Assembly (NCBI GenBank): GCA_038245515.1
Contig: JBBRSJ010000017.1
Span: forward strand, 3,446-67,445
Length of the DNA: 64,000 bases
Origin: Candidatus Limnocylindrales bacterium
GTDB taxonomy: Bacteria; Chloroflexota; Limnocylindria; Limnocylindrales; CSP1-4
Direction: 5' to 3'
Part shown: positions 39,227 through 48,726 of the stretch, one piece after another
Layout: the number at the start of each line of letters is the position of its first letter
How positions within the stretch are numbered: the stretch's first letter is position 1
Notes under the pieces: model-generated
What the model was told of the DNA's origin: nothing
The model's input: the letters and a program-made list of their open reading frames with translations, nothing else
Database searches by the model: none
Program-made: the position numbers and the translations under genes

Positions 39227-39232
39227 ATGGTA
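39227..39232 (-). promoter_or_regulatory. -10-like TACCAT, 6 nt upstream of GTG 39220
   Basis: The minus strand reads TACCAT-GCGCGC-GTG. Confidence 0.45.
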
Positions 39233-39290
39233 TCGGGATTCCGGCAATCATGCTAGCCGCAAGTAGCCTGTTGCCGCCGCGCCTGGACTG

Positions 39291-39575
39291 TCAGTCGCCT
39301 CGGTACGTGCCCGAGCCGCCGCTGGTGGCGTGACCGAACAGGGCCGCGAGGGCTCGGTCGAAGTTCTCTGGGGTGGCGCACCAACGCTCCCCGTTCGGCT
39401 CATCACCCCACGGACCGTTCGACGGGTGGCCAGCGTGGAGATAGGCATCGGGTCGCATGAGGAGGGCGCCGAATACGCCCGCTTCGGCCGCGACACCGGC
39501 CGTGATCCGCAGGACCGCCTGGTCCTCGGCCACGATCTCGCTGCAGCCCGCGCACACGATCGACTCGGTCGTCAT
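39291..39575 (-). CDS. Hypothetical 94-aa protein
   Basis: ORF MTTESIVCAGCSEIVAEDQAVLRI...; no motif recognised. The start is set at ATG 39575 (TACCGT lies 7 nt upstream). The track ORF begins at GTG 39584. Confidence 0.45.
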   Translation of the reverse strand: MTTESIVCAGCSEIVAEDQAVLRITAGVAAEAGVFGALLMRPDAYLHAGHPSNGPWGDEPNGERWCATPENFDRALAALFGHATSGGSGTYRGD

Positions 39576-39582
39576 GGCGACC

Positions 39583-39588
39583 ACGGTA
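39583..39588 (-). promoter_or_regulatory. -10-like TACCGT, 7 nt upstream of ATG 39575
   Basis: The minus strand reads TACCGT-GGTCGCC-ATG. Confidence 0.35.
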
Positions 39589-39913
39589 CCGTCGGGACCC
39601 CTCCGCGGGCAGCAAAAAGACGCCGGTTCGGGGGACGCATCCGGACCGACGCCTGCGATGGATACGCAGCGCCGGCGCGCTTGGATGAATCGATTCCACT
39701 CCCATCAGCAAATCGGCCGCTTGGCCCGGACGAGGCGTCGTCGAGCCGGTGAGTGACGATGTCGCGCCCTCCGATCGTGCGTGGGCTGCCGATCCGGGCT
39801 CGTACGAGCTCCCAGCCTCCACCAATCCAAGGTCGGGTCGGTGGGACCGGAATCGCGCCCGGCAGGTGGCGCCGACGCCGGAGTTCCTGACGGCCCCTGG
39901 CCAGCGGAGGTGC

Positions 39914-39919
39914 TACGTT
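39914..39919 (+). promoter_or_regulatory. -10-like TACGTT, 6 nt upstream of the recO GTG 39926
   Basis: The sequence reads TACGTT-TCGATC-GTG. Confidence 0.45.
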
Positions 39920-39925
39920 TCGATC

Positions 39926-40819
39926 GTGCCGATCCCGCGCCGATATTCGACCGATGCGATCGTCCTCTCGCGGTTCGACTATGGCGAGGCGGACCGCATC
40001 CTCACGCTGATCACGCCCACCGGTGGCAAGATCAAGGCGATCGCCAAGGGCATCCGCCGCCCGACCTCGCGGATCGGCGGCTCGCTCGAGCCCTTCGCCG
40101 AGCTCAACGTGCTGCTCGCCCGTGGCCGGACGTTCGATGTCGTGACCCAGGTCAGCGTCGGCCACGCCTGGCTGAACCTGCGCGACTCGCTCGAGAGCGC
40201 GGCCACCGCCTGGTACCTCGCGGAGCTCGCCGATCGCAGTCTCGAGGAGCACCGCGGCGCCGAGCCGGTCTATGCGATCCTCCGCCGCGGCTACGAGCTG
40301 CTCGACGCCGGAATGGCCCCGGGCCGCGTCGCCCGCTGGTACGAGATGCACCTCGCCGACGAGCTCGGCGTCCGGCCCGAGGTCGACCGCTGCGTCGAGT
40401 GCGACCGGATCCTTGAGGCCGACGGCCGCTTCCGCTGGGTCCCGCCCCTCGGCGGCGTCCTATGCGATCGATGCCCGGGCCCGCCGCACGAGCGAAGCGG
40501 ACTGAGCCTCGACGCCCTCAAGCTCCTCAAGGCCTACCAGCGCCAGGATGTCGAGGCGATCGCCGGCCTGCGCCTGGCCGCCGCGACCGAGAAGGAGGTC
40601 GAGAGCGCCCTGCGCGACTTCCTTCGGATCGTCCTCGAGCGCGATGCCCGGTCGCTCGCGTTCCTCGACGAGATCCGGACGCCCGAGGCCGCCGAGCGCG
40701 CGCTCCGCCACGAACAGGCCGTGATCGCCCGCGAGATCGCCGCCGGCGAGACGGCGGCCGCCGAAGCTGCCGAAGCCCTGGCGGCCACCACCGAGCCCGC
40801 AGAGGCGCTGGCGACCTGA
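39926..40819 (+). CDS. recO: DNA repair protein RecO
   Basis: AIVLSRFDYGEADRILTLITP.GGK..A.AKG.RR and zinc motif CVECD...CDRC. The start is set at GTG 39926; the track ORF starts at 39749 with a non-RecO-like leader. Ala/Glu-rich tail. Confidence 0.88.
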   Translation: MPIPRRYSTDAIVLSRFDYGEADRILTLITPTGGKIKAIAKGIRRPTSRIGGSLEPFAELNVLLARGRTFDVVTQVSVGHAWLNLRDSLESAATAWYLAELADRSLEEHRGAEPVYAILRRGYELLDAGMAPGRVARWYEMHLADELGVRPEVDRCVECDRILEADGRFRWVPPLGGVLCDRCPGPPHERSGLSLDALKLLKAYQRQDVEAIAGLRLAAATEKEVESALRDFLRIVLERDARSLAFLDEIRTPEAAERALRHEQAVIAREIAAGETAAAEAAEALAATTEPAEALAT

Positions 40820-41334
40820 TGGCGACCGTCCAGCTCCGCGACATCGTGACGGAGGACGACGTCGAGGCCGTCATGGGCCTCCGCCGCGGACCCGGCCGGG
40901 AGGGGTACCTCGGCTCGATGATCAGCCACTTCGAGGATGCGATCGCGGACGCCATCGCGTGTCCGCGGATGTGGTCGGTCCACGACAGCGATCAGCTCGT
41001 CGGCTTCGTGATGATCAGCGATGGGATCCCGGCCGAGACGCTCGCGGCGCACGAGGATATCGTCGGGCCCTACTTCCTGTGGCGGGTCCTCGTCGACGCG
41101 CGACACCAGGGCAAGGGCTATGGCCTGGCGACGATCGACGCGGTGGCCGACTACGTCCGGACCCGACCCGGTGGGGACATCCTGTTCACGAGCTGCCGGG
41201 ACGGTGACGGCTCGCCGATGTCGTTCTATCTCCGGTACGGCTTCGTCAGGACGGGCGGGATTGCCGACGGCGAGGAGATCCTGCAACTTGACCTCGGCGG
41301 ACGGAACTGCGGATCGATCGGGGGCCCAAGCTGA
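40819..41334 (+). CDS. GNAT family N-acetyltransferase
   Basis: The ATG at 40819 overlaps the recO TGA. Contains YFLWRVLVDARHQGKGYGLATIDAV and FYLRYGF. Confidence 0.8.
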   Translation: MATVQLRDIVTEDDVEAVMGLRRGPGREGYLGSMISHFEDAIADAIACPRMWSVHDSDQLVGFVMISDGIPAETLAAHEDIVGPYFLWRVLVDARHQGKGYGLATIDAVADYVRTRPGGDILFTSCRDGDGSPMSFYLRYGFVRTGGIADGEEILQLDLGGRNCGSIGGPS

Positions 41335-41411
41335 GCCATCCGCCGATCATCCCTCGCGGCAACCGCTTCCGCCGCGAGCTCCGGGCCGGCGTCGAAGGTC
41401 GCGAAAGCGGC

Positions 41412-43433
41412 TTGAGCGGCAACCCGGACATCCCCGATCCGCCGAGCGACGCCCCGACCGATCTCCGCGGCCGGCTCACCCGGACCCGCGAGGCCGCCCG
41501 GGCGCTGATTTCGACCCTGCCCCGCGTCCTCGGCCTCGTCTGGTCGGCGAGCCGGATCCTGACGTTCGGCCTCGCCGTCGCCACCGTGCTCGCGGGCATC
41601 GTGCCGGCGATCACCGCCTATATCGCCAAGCTCCTGATCGACGCCGTCGTCCGTGCGATCGCCGTGAGCGCCGGCGCCAACCTGTCGGCCACGGTCACGG
41701 TCGGCCCGCTCACGCTCGACGCAGTCGGGACGGTCGTGCTGCTCGCCGCCGCCCAGTTCGCGATCTACGCCCTCTCATCGTTCCTGAGCACGCTCCGGAA
41801 CGTCTGTCAGCAGCTCCTCCAGGAGCGGGTCACGAACACGATCCAACTCGAGATCATGGATCACGCAGCGAAGCTCGACCTCGCGTTCTTCGAAGACTCG
41901 ACGTCGTACGACCTCCTTCGGCGGGCTCAGCAGGGCGCGTCGAGCCGGCCGTTGTTCATGGTCAGCGGCGTGTTCGGGCTGATCCAGACCGCAATCGCGT
42001 TCGCGTCGATGATCTTCCTGTTGATCGTGCTCAGTCCGCTCCTCGCCTTGGTCGCGGTCATCGCGCCGATCCCGGCGTTCATCGCAGACACGCGCTACGG
42101 CTGGCGCGGCTACAGCTTCGCCCGCTGGGCGTCACCGCTCCGTCGCCGGATGGACTACCTGACGACGCTCGTCACGACCGACACGTATGCCAAGGAGGTC
42201 AAGCTGTTCGGGCTCGGGCCGTACTTCATCGACCGGTTCCGGCAGCTTTCGACGGTCTACCAGGATCGCCAGCGCGGCCTCGTCGTCGCGCGCTATTTCG
42301 TGGGGTTCATCTGGTCGACGATCACGACGCTCGCCGGCTCGCTCACGTATCTCTACGTCGCGCTCCAGGCGATCGCCGGCAGGCTGACCCTCGGCGACCT
42401 GACGCTGTTCACGCAGGCGGCCTCGTCGGTCCAGAGCTCCGTCCAGGGCCTGCTCTCGGGTTTTGGCTCGATGTATGAGAACAACCTCTACCTCAACGAC
42501 CTGTTCGAGCTGCTCGCGACCCCGGTCGGGATCGAGGGGACGGCCGGCGACGGCTCCGCGGCCACGTCGCGCCGGGCCGGCGCCGAAGGGCAGCGTGCCG
42601 ACGAGGCGCCGGTCCTCGACCTCTCGTCCGTCCGCGGCGAGCTCACCTTCGACCACCTCACCTTCCGCTATCCCGGCCGCGAGGAGGACGCCCTGTCCGA
42701 CGTCAGCTTCACCATCGCTCCGGGCGAGACGGTCGCGGTCGTCGGCCGGAACGGGGCAGGAAAATCGACCCTGATCAAGCTGATCACCCGCCTCTACGAC
42801 CCGACCGCCGGCCGGATCCTCCTCGACGGGACCGATATCCGCGAGCTCGAGCCGGACGCCGTCCGGAAGCTGATCGGCGGGATGTTCCAGGACTACGTCA
42901 CGTACCAGGCGAGCGCCGCGGAGAACATCGGCCTGGGCGAGCTCGGCGCGCTGGAGGACCGCGAGGCGATCGTGGACGCAGCGCGCAAGGGCGGCGCCGA
43001 CAGCCTCCTCGACCGCCTGCCCGACGGCTGGGATACCCCCCTCGGGAAGTGGTTCGACGGCGGCGTCGAGCTATCCGGCGGCGAGTGGCAGAAGATCGCG
43101 CTCGGCCGGGCGTTCATGCGTGACGCCCGGATCCTCCTCCTCGACGAGCCGACGTCGGCGCTCGACGCACAGGCGGAGTTCGAGCTGTTCGCCCGGCTGC
43201 GGTCGCTCGCCCGGGGCCGAACGGCGATCTACATCTCGCATCGCTTCTCGACCGTCCGGCAGGCCGACCGGATCCTGTTCCTCGAGCATGGCCGGCTCGT
43301 CGAGCAGGGGACGCACGCGGAGCTGATGGCGCTCGGCGGGCGCTATGCCCAGCTCTTCACGCTCCAGGCGGCGGCCTACACCGGCGAGCCGGTCGAGCTG
43401 CGCGACGAGGTCGCGGCCGAGCTCGCCGGCTGA
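41412..43433 (+). CDS. ABC exporter, fused permease/ATPase (type I exporter, MdlB/MsbA-like)
   Basis: Six-TM domain followed by an NBD with GRNGAGKST, LSGGEWQKIALGRAF and ILLLDEPTSALD. The TTG start is uncertain. Confidence 0.88.
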   Translation: MSGNPDIPDPPSDAPTDLRGRLTRTREAARALISTLPRVLGLVWSASRILTFGLAVATVLAGIVPAITAYIAKLLIDAVVRAIAVSAGANLSATVTVGPLTLDAVGTVVLLAAAQFAIYALSSFLSTLRNVCQQLLQERVTNTIQLEIMDHAAKLDLAFFEDSTSYDLLRRAQQGASSRPLFMVSGVFGLIQTAIAFASMIFLLIVLSPLLALVAVIAPIPAFIADTRYGWRGYSFARWASPLRRRMDYLTTLVTTDTYAKEVKLFGLGPYFIDRFRQLSTVYQDRQRGLVVARYFVGFIWSTITTLAGSLTYLYVALQAIAGRLTLGDLTLFTQAASSVQSSVQGLLSGFGSMYENNLYLNDLFELLATPVGIEGTAGDGSAATSRRAGAEGQRADEAPVLDLSSVRGELTFDHLTFRYPGREEDALSDVSFTIAPGETVAVVGRNGAGKSTLIKLITRLYDPTAGRILLDGTDIRELEPDAVRKLIGGMFQDYVTYQASAAENIGLGELGALEDREAIVDAARKGGADSLLDRLPDGWDTPLGKWFDGGVELSGGEWQKIALGRAFMRDARILLLDEPTSALDAQAEFELFARLRSLARGRTAIYISHRFSTVRQADRILFLEHGRLVEQGTHAELMALGGRYAQLFTLQAAAYTGEPVELRDEVAAELAG

Positions 43434-44629
43434 TGAAGCTGCGCCGGACCGGGCTCCTCGCCACGGCCGCGGCCGTCGGTCTGTCGCTCGGCGGGCCGAT
43501 CCTGCGGCGGACCGTGGTCGAGCGACTCGCCGACCGGACGGAGCGACGGCTCAACAAGGTGGCCGATCCCGGGCCGTACGCCGTGCCGCCGGCGGCCGCC
43601 GCGTTCCACGAGCGGCTCACGATCGTCGACTTCCATGCCGACACGCTCCTGCTCGGGCGGGACCTGCTTCGCCGGGCCAACCGCGGCCATGTCGACGTGC
43701 CCCGGCTGGCAGCCGGCAACATCGCGGTCCAGGTGTTCGCTGTCGCGACCAAGGTGCCGCGTCACCTGAACATCGACGCGAACGGCGACCAGACCGACGA
43801 CATCGCCACCGTCGCGCTCGCGCTCGGCTGGCCGCGCGCCACCTGGCGGAGCCTCCTGGCGCGGGCGGAGCACCAGGCGGGGCGCCTTGCCCGATTCGCG
43901 GCGGAATCCGGGGGCCGGCTGACCGTGGTTCGTTCGGCCGCGGATCTCGACGAGTTTCTCGAGCGGCGGACCACTCGCGATCGCAGCGCAGTTGCCGGCG
44001 TCCTCGCGCTCGAGGGCGCCCACGCCCTCGACGACGACCTCGCCAACCTCGAGCGCCTCGATCGAGCCGGCTACCGGATGGTCGGGCTCGCCCATTTCTT
44101 CGACAATGCCTTTGCCGGATCGGCGCACGGCCTCGTGAAGGGCGGGCTGACGGCTGCGGGGACCGAGCTCGTCGCGGAGCTGGAGCGGCGGCGGATCATC
44201 GTCGATCTGGCGCACGCCTCGGCGGCGACGATCGACGACGTTCTCGCGGTCGCGACGCGTCCCGTCGTCGCCTCGCACACCGGCGTCTGCGGGGTCCTCG
44301 ACAACGCCCGCAACCTCAGCGACGACCAGCTCCTCGGGATCGCCGCGACCGGCGGCATGGTCGGGATCGGGTTCTGGCCAACGGCCAGCGGCGGTGACGA
44401 CGCGGCTTCGATCGCGCGCTCGATCGCGTATGCGGTGTCGGTCGCGGGCGAGGACCACGTTGGGCTCGGATCGGACTTCGATGGTGCGGTGGCGGTGCCG
44501 TTCGACGCGTCAGGGATGGCGCTCCTGACCGCTGCCCTGCTCGACGCCGGCCTCGACGAGCCCGCGATCGTCGCGGTCATGGGCGGCTCGGCGATCCGTC
44601 TCCTGCACGAGGCGCTGCCGCCGGCCTGA
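43433..44629 (+). CDS. Membrane dipeptidase, peptidase M19 family, with signal/anchor
   Basis: The ATG overlaps the ABC-gene TGA. Contains VDFHADTL, LEGAHAL, GLAHFFDN, DLAHAS, ASHTG and GLGSDFDG. Confidence 0.85.
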   Translation: MKLRRTGLLATAAAVGLSLGGPILRRTVVERLADRTERRLNKVADPGPYAVPPAAAAFHERLTIVDFHADTLLLGRDLLRRANRGHVDVPRLAAGNIAVQVFAVATKVPRHLNIDANGDQTDDIATVALALGWPRATWRSLLARAEHQAGRLARFAAESGGRLTVVRSAADLDEFLERRTTRDRSAVAGVLALEGAHALDDDLANLERLDRAGYRMVGLAHFFDNAFAGSAHGLVKGGLTAAGTELVAELERRRIIVDLAHASAATIDDVLAVATRPVVASHTGVCGVLDNARNLSDDQLLGIAATGGMVGIGFWPTASGGDDAASIARSIAYAVSVAGEDHVGLGSDFDGAVAVPFDASGMALLTAALLDAGLDEPAIVAVMGGSAIRLLHEALPPA

Positions 44630-44642
44630 GCAGGCCCTCTGC

Positions 44643-44648
44643 TAGGAT
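44643..44648 (+). promoter_or_regulatory. -10-like TAGGAT upstream of glyQS, with an AAGGAG Shine-Dalgarno at 44695-44700
   Basis: GCTAGGATCG, then a ~50-nt leader, then AAGGAG, 7 nt, and GTG 44708. Confidence 0.4.
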
Positions 44649-44707
44649 CGCCGGGCTCAGCCCGTCCGCGACCGGCCATGCCAGGCCCGGCGCCAAGGAG
44701 AAACCCC

Positions 44708-46126
44708 GTGACCGACACCCCCACGATCACCAACCCCGATGACGTCGCGCCCGCCGTCGCCAATCTCGAGACCATCGTCTCGCTCTCGAAGCGCCGCGGG
44801 TTCGTGTTTCCCTCGTCCGAGATCTACGGCGGGATCAACGCCGTGTGGGATTACGGGCCCCTCGGGGTCGAGCTGAAGAACAACGTCAAGCGCGCGTGGT
44901 GGCGGGCGATGGTCCAGGAGCGCGAGGACATCGTCGGGCTCGACGCCGGGATCCTCATGCACCCCCAGGTCTGGGTCACGTCCGGCCACGTCGGGAGCTT
45001 CTCAGACCCGCTCGTGGAGTGCGCGACCTGCCATCGCCGCTACCGGCTCGACGAGCTGCCGGGCGCCGAGAACCTGAGCGCCTCCGACCTCCTCGACCCG
45101 ACGGTCGTCGAGCGCCTCAGCCTGAAGTGCCCGAACGATGGCGGCCCGCTCAGCGCACCGCGCCGGTTCAACCTGATGTTCCAGACGTGGATGGGCCCGG
45201 TCCAGGACGACGCCTCGATCGTCTACTTCCGGCCGGAGACCGCCCAGGGCTCGTACGTCAACTTCAAGAACGTCCAGCAGAGCTCGCGCAAGAAGATCCC
45301 GTTCGGGATTGCGCAGATCGGCAAGTCGTTCCGGAACGAGATCAGCCCGGGCAACTTCGTCTTCCGGATGCGCGAGTTCGAGCAGATGGAAATGCAGTAC
45401 TTCGTCCGCTCCGGCGAGGCGGCGGGCGCCGCGTTCGAGGAGTGGCTCCCGGAGCGCAAGGCCTGGTACGAGCGCTACGGCGTGACCCCGTCCCGGCTGC
45501 GCTTCCGCGAGCACGCCCCGGACGAGCTCGCCCACTACGCGAGGAAGGCGATCGACGTCGAGTACCGCTTCCCGTTCGGCTGGAAGGAGCTCGAAGGCGT
45601 CCACAACCGCGGCGACTTCGACCTCTCGTCCCACATGAAGGCCAGCGGCGAGAACCTCGAGGACTTCGACCAGGCCGCCGACGAGCACTTCATCCCGTGG
45701 GTCGTCGAGACGGCGGCCGGCGCCGATCGTGCGGCCTTCACGTTCCTGATCGACGCCTATCGCGAGGAGGAGGTCCGCGGCGAGACACGGGTCGTGCTCG
45801 GCTTCCACCCGGACATCGCGCCGTACAAGGTCGCCGTGCTGCCGCTGCTCAAGAAGCGACCCGAGATCGTCGAGATCTGCCACCGTCTCCGGGCCGACCT
45901 CGCGACCGAGATGATGGCGGTCTACGACGACACCGCCGCGATCGGCAAGCTGTACCGGCGCCAGGACGAGATCGGGACGCCGTGGTGCATCACGGTCGAC
46001 GTCGACTCGCTCGACGACGGCGCCGTCACGATCCGCGAGCGTGACGCGATGACCCAGGAGCGGGTGCCACTCGAGAGCGTCAAGCGGCTGCTCATGGACA
46101 AGCTGGCCGCGTCGCGCGCCTTCTGA
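44708..46126 (+). CDS. glyQS: Glycine--tRNA ligase (homodimeric class II type)
   Basis: [16 protein letters not shown]...WDYGPLG and class II motifs. The start is set at GTG 44708 (AAGGAG 7 nt upstream). The track ORF begins at ATG 44678. Confidence 0.92.
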   Translation: MTDTPTITNPDDVAPAVANLETIVSLSKRRGFVFPSSEIYGGINAVWDYGPLGVELKNNVKRAWWRAMVQEREDIVGLDAGILMHPQVWVTSGHVGSFSDPLVECATCHRRYRLDELPGAENLSASDLLDPTVVERLSLKCPNDGGPLSAPRRFNLMFQTWMGPVQDDASIVYFRPETAQGSYVNFKNVQQSSRKKIPFGIAQIGKSFRNEISPGNFVFRMREFEQMEMQYFVRSGEAAGAAFEEWLPERKAWYERYGVTPSRLRFREHAPDELAHYARKAIDVEYRFPFGWKELEGVHNRGDFDLSSHMKASGENLEDFDQAADEHFIPWVVETAAGADRAAFTFLIDAYREEEVRGETRVVLGFHPDIAPYKVAVLPLLKKRPEIVEICHRLRADLATEMMAVYDDTAAIGKLYRRQDEIGTPWCITVDVDSLDDGAVTIRERDAMTQERVPLESVKRLLMDKLAASRAF

Positions 46127-46128
46127 GG

Positions 46129-46184
46129 CGGACGGGCGCGCGCTCTCGTCGCTCGCGGCGCACTCGCCGCAGTCGGCCCGTCCG
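46129..46184 (+). terminator. 9-bp inverted repeat CGGACGGGC / GCCCGTCCG just downstream of glyQS
   Basis: Arms at 46129-46137 and 46176-46184 with a 38-nt GC-rich loop. No U-tract. Confidence 0.3.
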
Positions 46185-46202
46185 GACGACCCCCTGGCCG
46201 CG

Positions 46203-46208
46203 TAGGAT
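46203..46208 (+). promoter_or_regulatory. -10-like TAGGAT, 8 nt upstream of ATG 46217
   Basis: The sequence reads TAGGAT-CGGCGCCG-ATG. Confidence 0.45.
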
Positions 46209-46216
46209 CGGCGCCG

Positions 46217-47353
46217 ATGGAGACGTTCGACGCGATCGTGGTCGGGCTCGGCGCCCACGGGTCCGCGGCTGCCGCCGCGCTCGCCCGGCGCGGCCAGCGC
46301 GTGCTCGGCATCGAGCGGTTCGGCCGGGGCGAGGCGATGGGCTCCTCGGGCGGCCGGTCGCGGATGATCCGGTTCGCCTACTTCGAGGGCGCGACCTACG
46401 TTCCGCTCGCGATCGCCTCGTGGGACCGCTGGCTGGTGCTCGAGGCCGAGACGGGCGAGTCGATCCTGACACGAACGGGCGGTCTGTACGGCGGCCCGAG
46501 CGACAGTCGACCGGTGGCGGGCGCGATCCAGACCGCACGGGACCTCGGGCTCGCCCACGAGGTGATCGACGCCGACGAGATCCATCGCCGCTGGCCGGTG
46601 TTCGAGCCTGCGCCGGGGACCGTCGCACTCGCGGAGGAGCGAGCGGGCGTGATCCGCGCCGATCGAGCGAACGCGGCCCACCTGGCCGTCGCCGAGCGCG
46701 CCGGGGCGGAGCTCCGGTTCGGCCGGCAGGTGGTGGACTGGCGGCCGGCATCCGGCGGTGGCTTCGAGGTCGAGGCTGCGGACGGCTCCGTTGTCGGCGC
46801 CGACCATCTCGTCCTTGGGGCCGGGCCCTGGATCGCGTCGCTGGTGGCGGACCTCGCGTTGCCGCTCCAGATCGAGCGCGAGGCGGTCTGCTGGTTTGCG
46901 CCGACGGTCGATCCGGCCAGCGTGGGAGCGGATCGCCTCCCGGTCTGGCTGCTCGATGACGGCGGCCGCGTCTTCTACGGCTTCCCCCACGACCCGGAGC
47001 TCGGACTGAAGGTCGCGATCCACCACCAGGGCGCGTTCGTCCAGCCGGACTCCTTCGATCGTGCCGCCGGTCCGGCCGATATCGACCCCGTGCGGGCGTT
47101 TCTTCGGGCCCGGATGCCGACCGCCGACGGTCCGCTCACGACCTCGACCGTATGCCTCTACACGAATACGCCCGACGAGGCGTTCGTGATCGACCGCCAC
47201 CCCGCGGCGCCGGGTATCGCGTTCGCGTCAGCGTGTTCTGGCCATGGCTTCAAGTTCGCCCCGCTGATGGGCGAGATCCTCGCCGACCTCACCATCGACG
47301 GCCGGACCGACTGGCCGATCGCCCCGTTCCGTGCAGACCGCTTCGGGATATAA
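46217..47353 (+). CDS. Monomeric sarcosine oxidase / N-methyltryptophan oxidase family flavoenzyme
   Basis: FDAIVVGLGAHGSAAA dinucleotide fold. ACSGHGFKFAP matches the covalent-FAD cysteine region of the MSOX/MTOX family. Confidence 0.85.
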   Translation: METFDAIVVGLGAHGSAAAAALARRGQRVLGIERFGRGEAMGSSGGRSRMIRFAYFEGATYVPLAIASWDRWLVLEAETGESILTRTGGLYGGPSDSRPVAGAIQTARDLGLAHEVIDADEIHRRWPVFEPAPGTVALAEERAGVIRADRANAAHLAVAERAGAELRFGRQVVDWRPASGGGFEVEAADGSVVGADHLVLGAGPWIASLVADLALPLQIEREAVCWFAPTVDPASVGADRLPVWLLDDGGRVFYGFPHDPELGLKVAIHHQGAFVQPDSFDRAAGPADIDPVRAFLRARMPTADGPLTTSTVCLYTNTPDEAFVIDRHPAAPGIAFASACSGHGFKFAPLMGEILADLTIDGRTDWPIAPFRADRFGI

Positions 47354-47389
47354 GCCGCTGGTAAGCGGGTCGCGCCAACATCCGCGGGG

Positions 47390-47959
47390 ATGGATGACGT
47401 ACGGGTCGGGCGGATCCTGCGGGCGCTCCGGATCCGGCGCGGGTTGACCCAGAGGGAACTCGGGGCGCGCGTCCGCTTGTCCCAGGCTGCGATCTCGTTG
47501 ATCGAACGCGGGCACTCGTCCCACCTCTCGGGAGTGACCATGCGTCGCGCCTTCGCCGCTCTCGACGCACGCTGGGAGCCGATCGTTTCGTGGCGTGGCG
47601 GCGAGTTGGACCGGCTCATCGACGAGCAGCACGCGCGGATCGTCGCCGACGTTGTCCGGCGCCTCCGAGCGCTCGGCTGGGAGGTCGCAATCGAGGCGAC
47701 ATACTGCGTCTATTGCGAGCGCGGGTCGATCGACATCATCGGCGCCGGCCGCCCGGAACGCGCGCTTCTCATCGTGGAGGTCAAGTCCGACCTGATCGGC
47801 ATCGAATCGACCGTCCGCAAACTCAACGCGGAGAAACGGGGCGTGCCGAACCGGGCGGTTGCGACCTACTGGTCCTCGTTCGCCTCGACCGCGTCGATCG
47901 CCGCGGCGACGTCCGCGGCGCCGACGACGCCGCGCGGCTCCTTCCCCTTTGGCCAGTAG
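47390..47959 (+). CDS. XRE-type HTH fused to a PD-(D/E)xK nuclease-like domain; the 3' part appears truncated or replaced
   Basis: N-terminus RRGLTQRELGARVRLSQAAISLIERG. It is followed by ERGSIDIIG...LLIVEVKS (D...E-x-K). The last ~35 aa are low-complexity and overlap the 3' end of the convergent FNR gene. Confidence 0.6.
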   Translation: MDDVRVGRILRALRIRRGLTQRELGARVRLSQAAISLIERGHSSHLSGVTMRRAFAALDARWEPIVSWRGGELDRLIDEQHARIVADVVRRLRALGWEVAIEATYCVYCERGSIDIIGAGRPERALLIVEVKSDLIGIESTVRKLNAEKRGVPNRAVATYWSSFASTASIAAATSAAPTTPRGSFPFGQ

Positions 47960-48726
47960 AGCTCCTTATGGACCTGCTCCTCGGGATAGCCCCGGCCGAG
48001 CATCGTTTCCTCGGCCGACAGGATCATGTCCGGGTTGCCGCAGATGTAGGCGATCGAGTTCTCCGGTGTCAGGTCGAGCTCTTCAAGGACCGGCGCGAGG
48101 ATCGACTCGACCCGGCCCATCCGGCCCATCCAGCGCTCGTTGCGCGGGTCGCTCGGCCGCGAGACCGTCGGGATGAACGTCACCGGGTACTCGCCTGAGG
48201 ACTGCCATCCCTCGAGGAGGTCGCGGTAGCCGAGCTCGCTCTCGTACGAGACGCCATTGAGCATCACGGCCCTGCGCGGCCGGCCATCGGTCAGGAGCTG
48301 GCGCATCATCGCGACGAACGGCGCGTTGCCCGTTCCCGACGAGATGAAGATGTGGATCCGCTCATCGTCCGGCAGGAGCATGAACTTGCCCTTCGGTCCG
48401 ATCATCCGCATCCGTTGCCCGACCGGCAGCTCGAAGAGCTTCGGTGTGAATGCCCCGCCCTGGACGCGGCGGACGTAGAACTCGTATCCGTCCGTCCCGG
48501 CGACCGCCGGCGGCGACGCGACCGAGTACGGCCGCTGGAGGATCTTGCCGTCGACCATCACGCCGATTGTCATGTACTGGCCCGGCTCGAACGGGGTCGG
48601 CTCGCCGTCGAAGCGGACCCAGAACCGCGCAAGCGAGTCGGAGTCATCCTCGCGCCGGACGAGGCTGGCGTTGTACTGCACCGCCGCGGGGTCGATCCCG
48701 GCGACGGGGGTCGTGAGCTCGGTCAT
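47866..48726 (-). CDS. Ferredoxin--NADP+ reductase (bacterial Fpr-like)
   Basis: Start at ATG 48726 (MTELTTP...). Motifs RPYSVAS (FAD), SSGTGNAPF (NADP) and ICGNPDM, then ...KELYW followed by a 28-aa tail. The rest of track ORF 47866..49212 is a read-through into the hydrolase remnant. Confidence 0.87.
   Translation of the reverse strand: MTELTTPVAGIDPAAVQYNASLVRREDDSDSLARFWVRFDGEPTPFEPGQYMTIGVMVDGKILQRPYSVASPPAVAGTDGYEFYVRRVQGGAFTPKLFELPVGQRMRMIGPKGKFMLLPDDERIHIFISSGTGNAPFVAMMRQLLTDGRPRRAVMLNGVSYESELGYRDLLEGWQSSGEYPVTFIPTVSRPSDPRNERWMGRMGRVESILAPVLEELDLTPENSIAYICGNPDMILSAEETMLGRGYPEEQVHKELYWPKGKEPRGVVGAADVAAAIDAVEANEDQ

Noticed and set aside
44630-44707. T-box leader upstream of glyQS.
   Set aside because: Only ~78 nt are available between the M19 stop and the start, far too short for a T-box. 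A simple TAGGAT box plus AAGGAG Shine-Dalgarno site accounts for the spacer.
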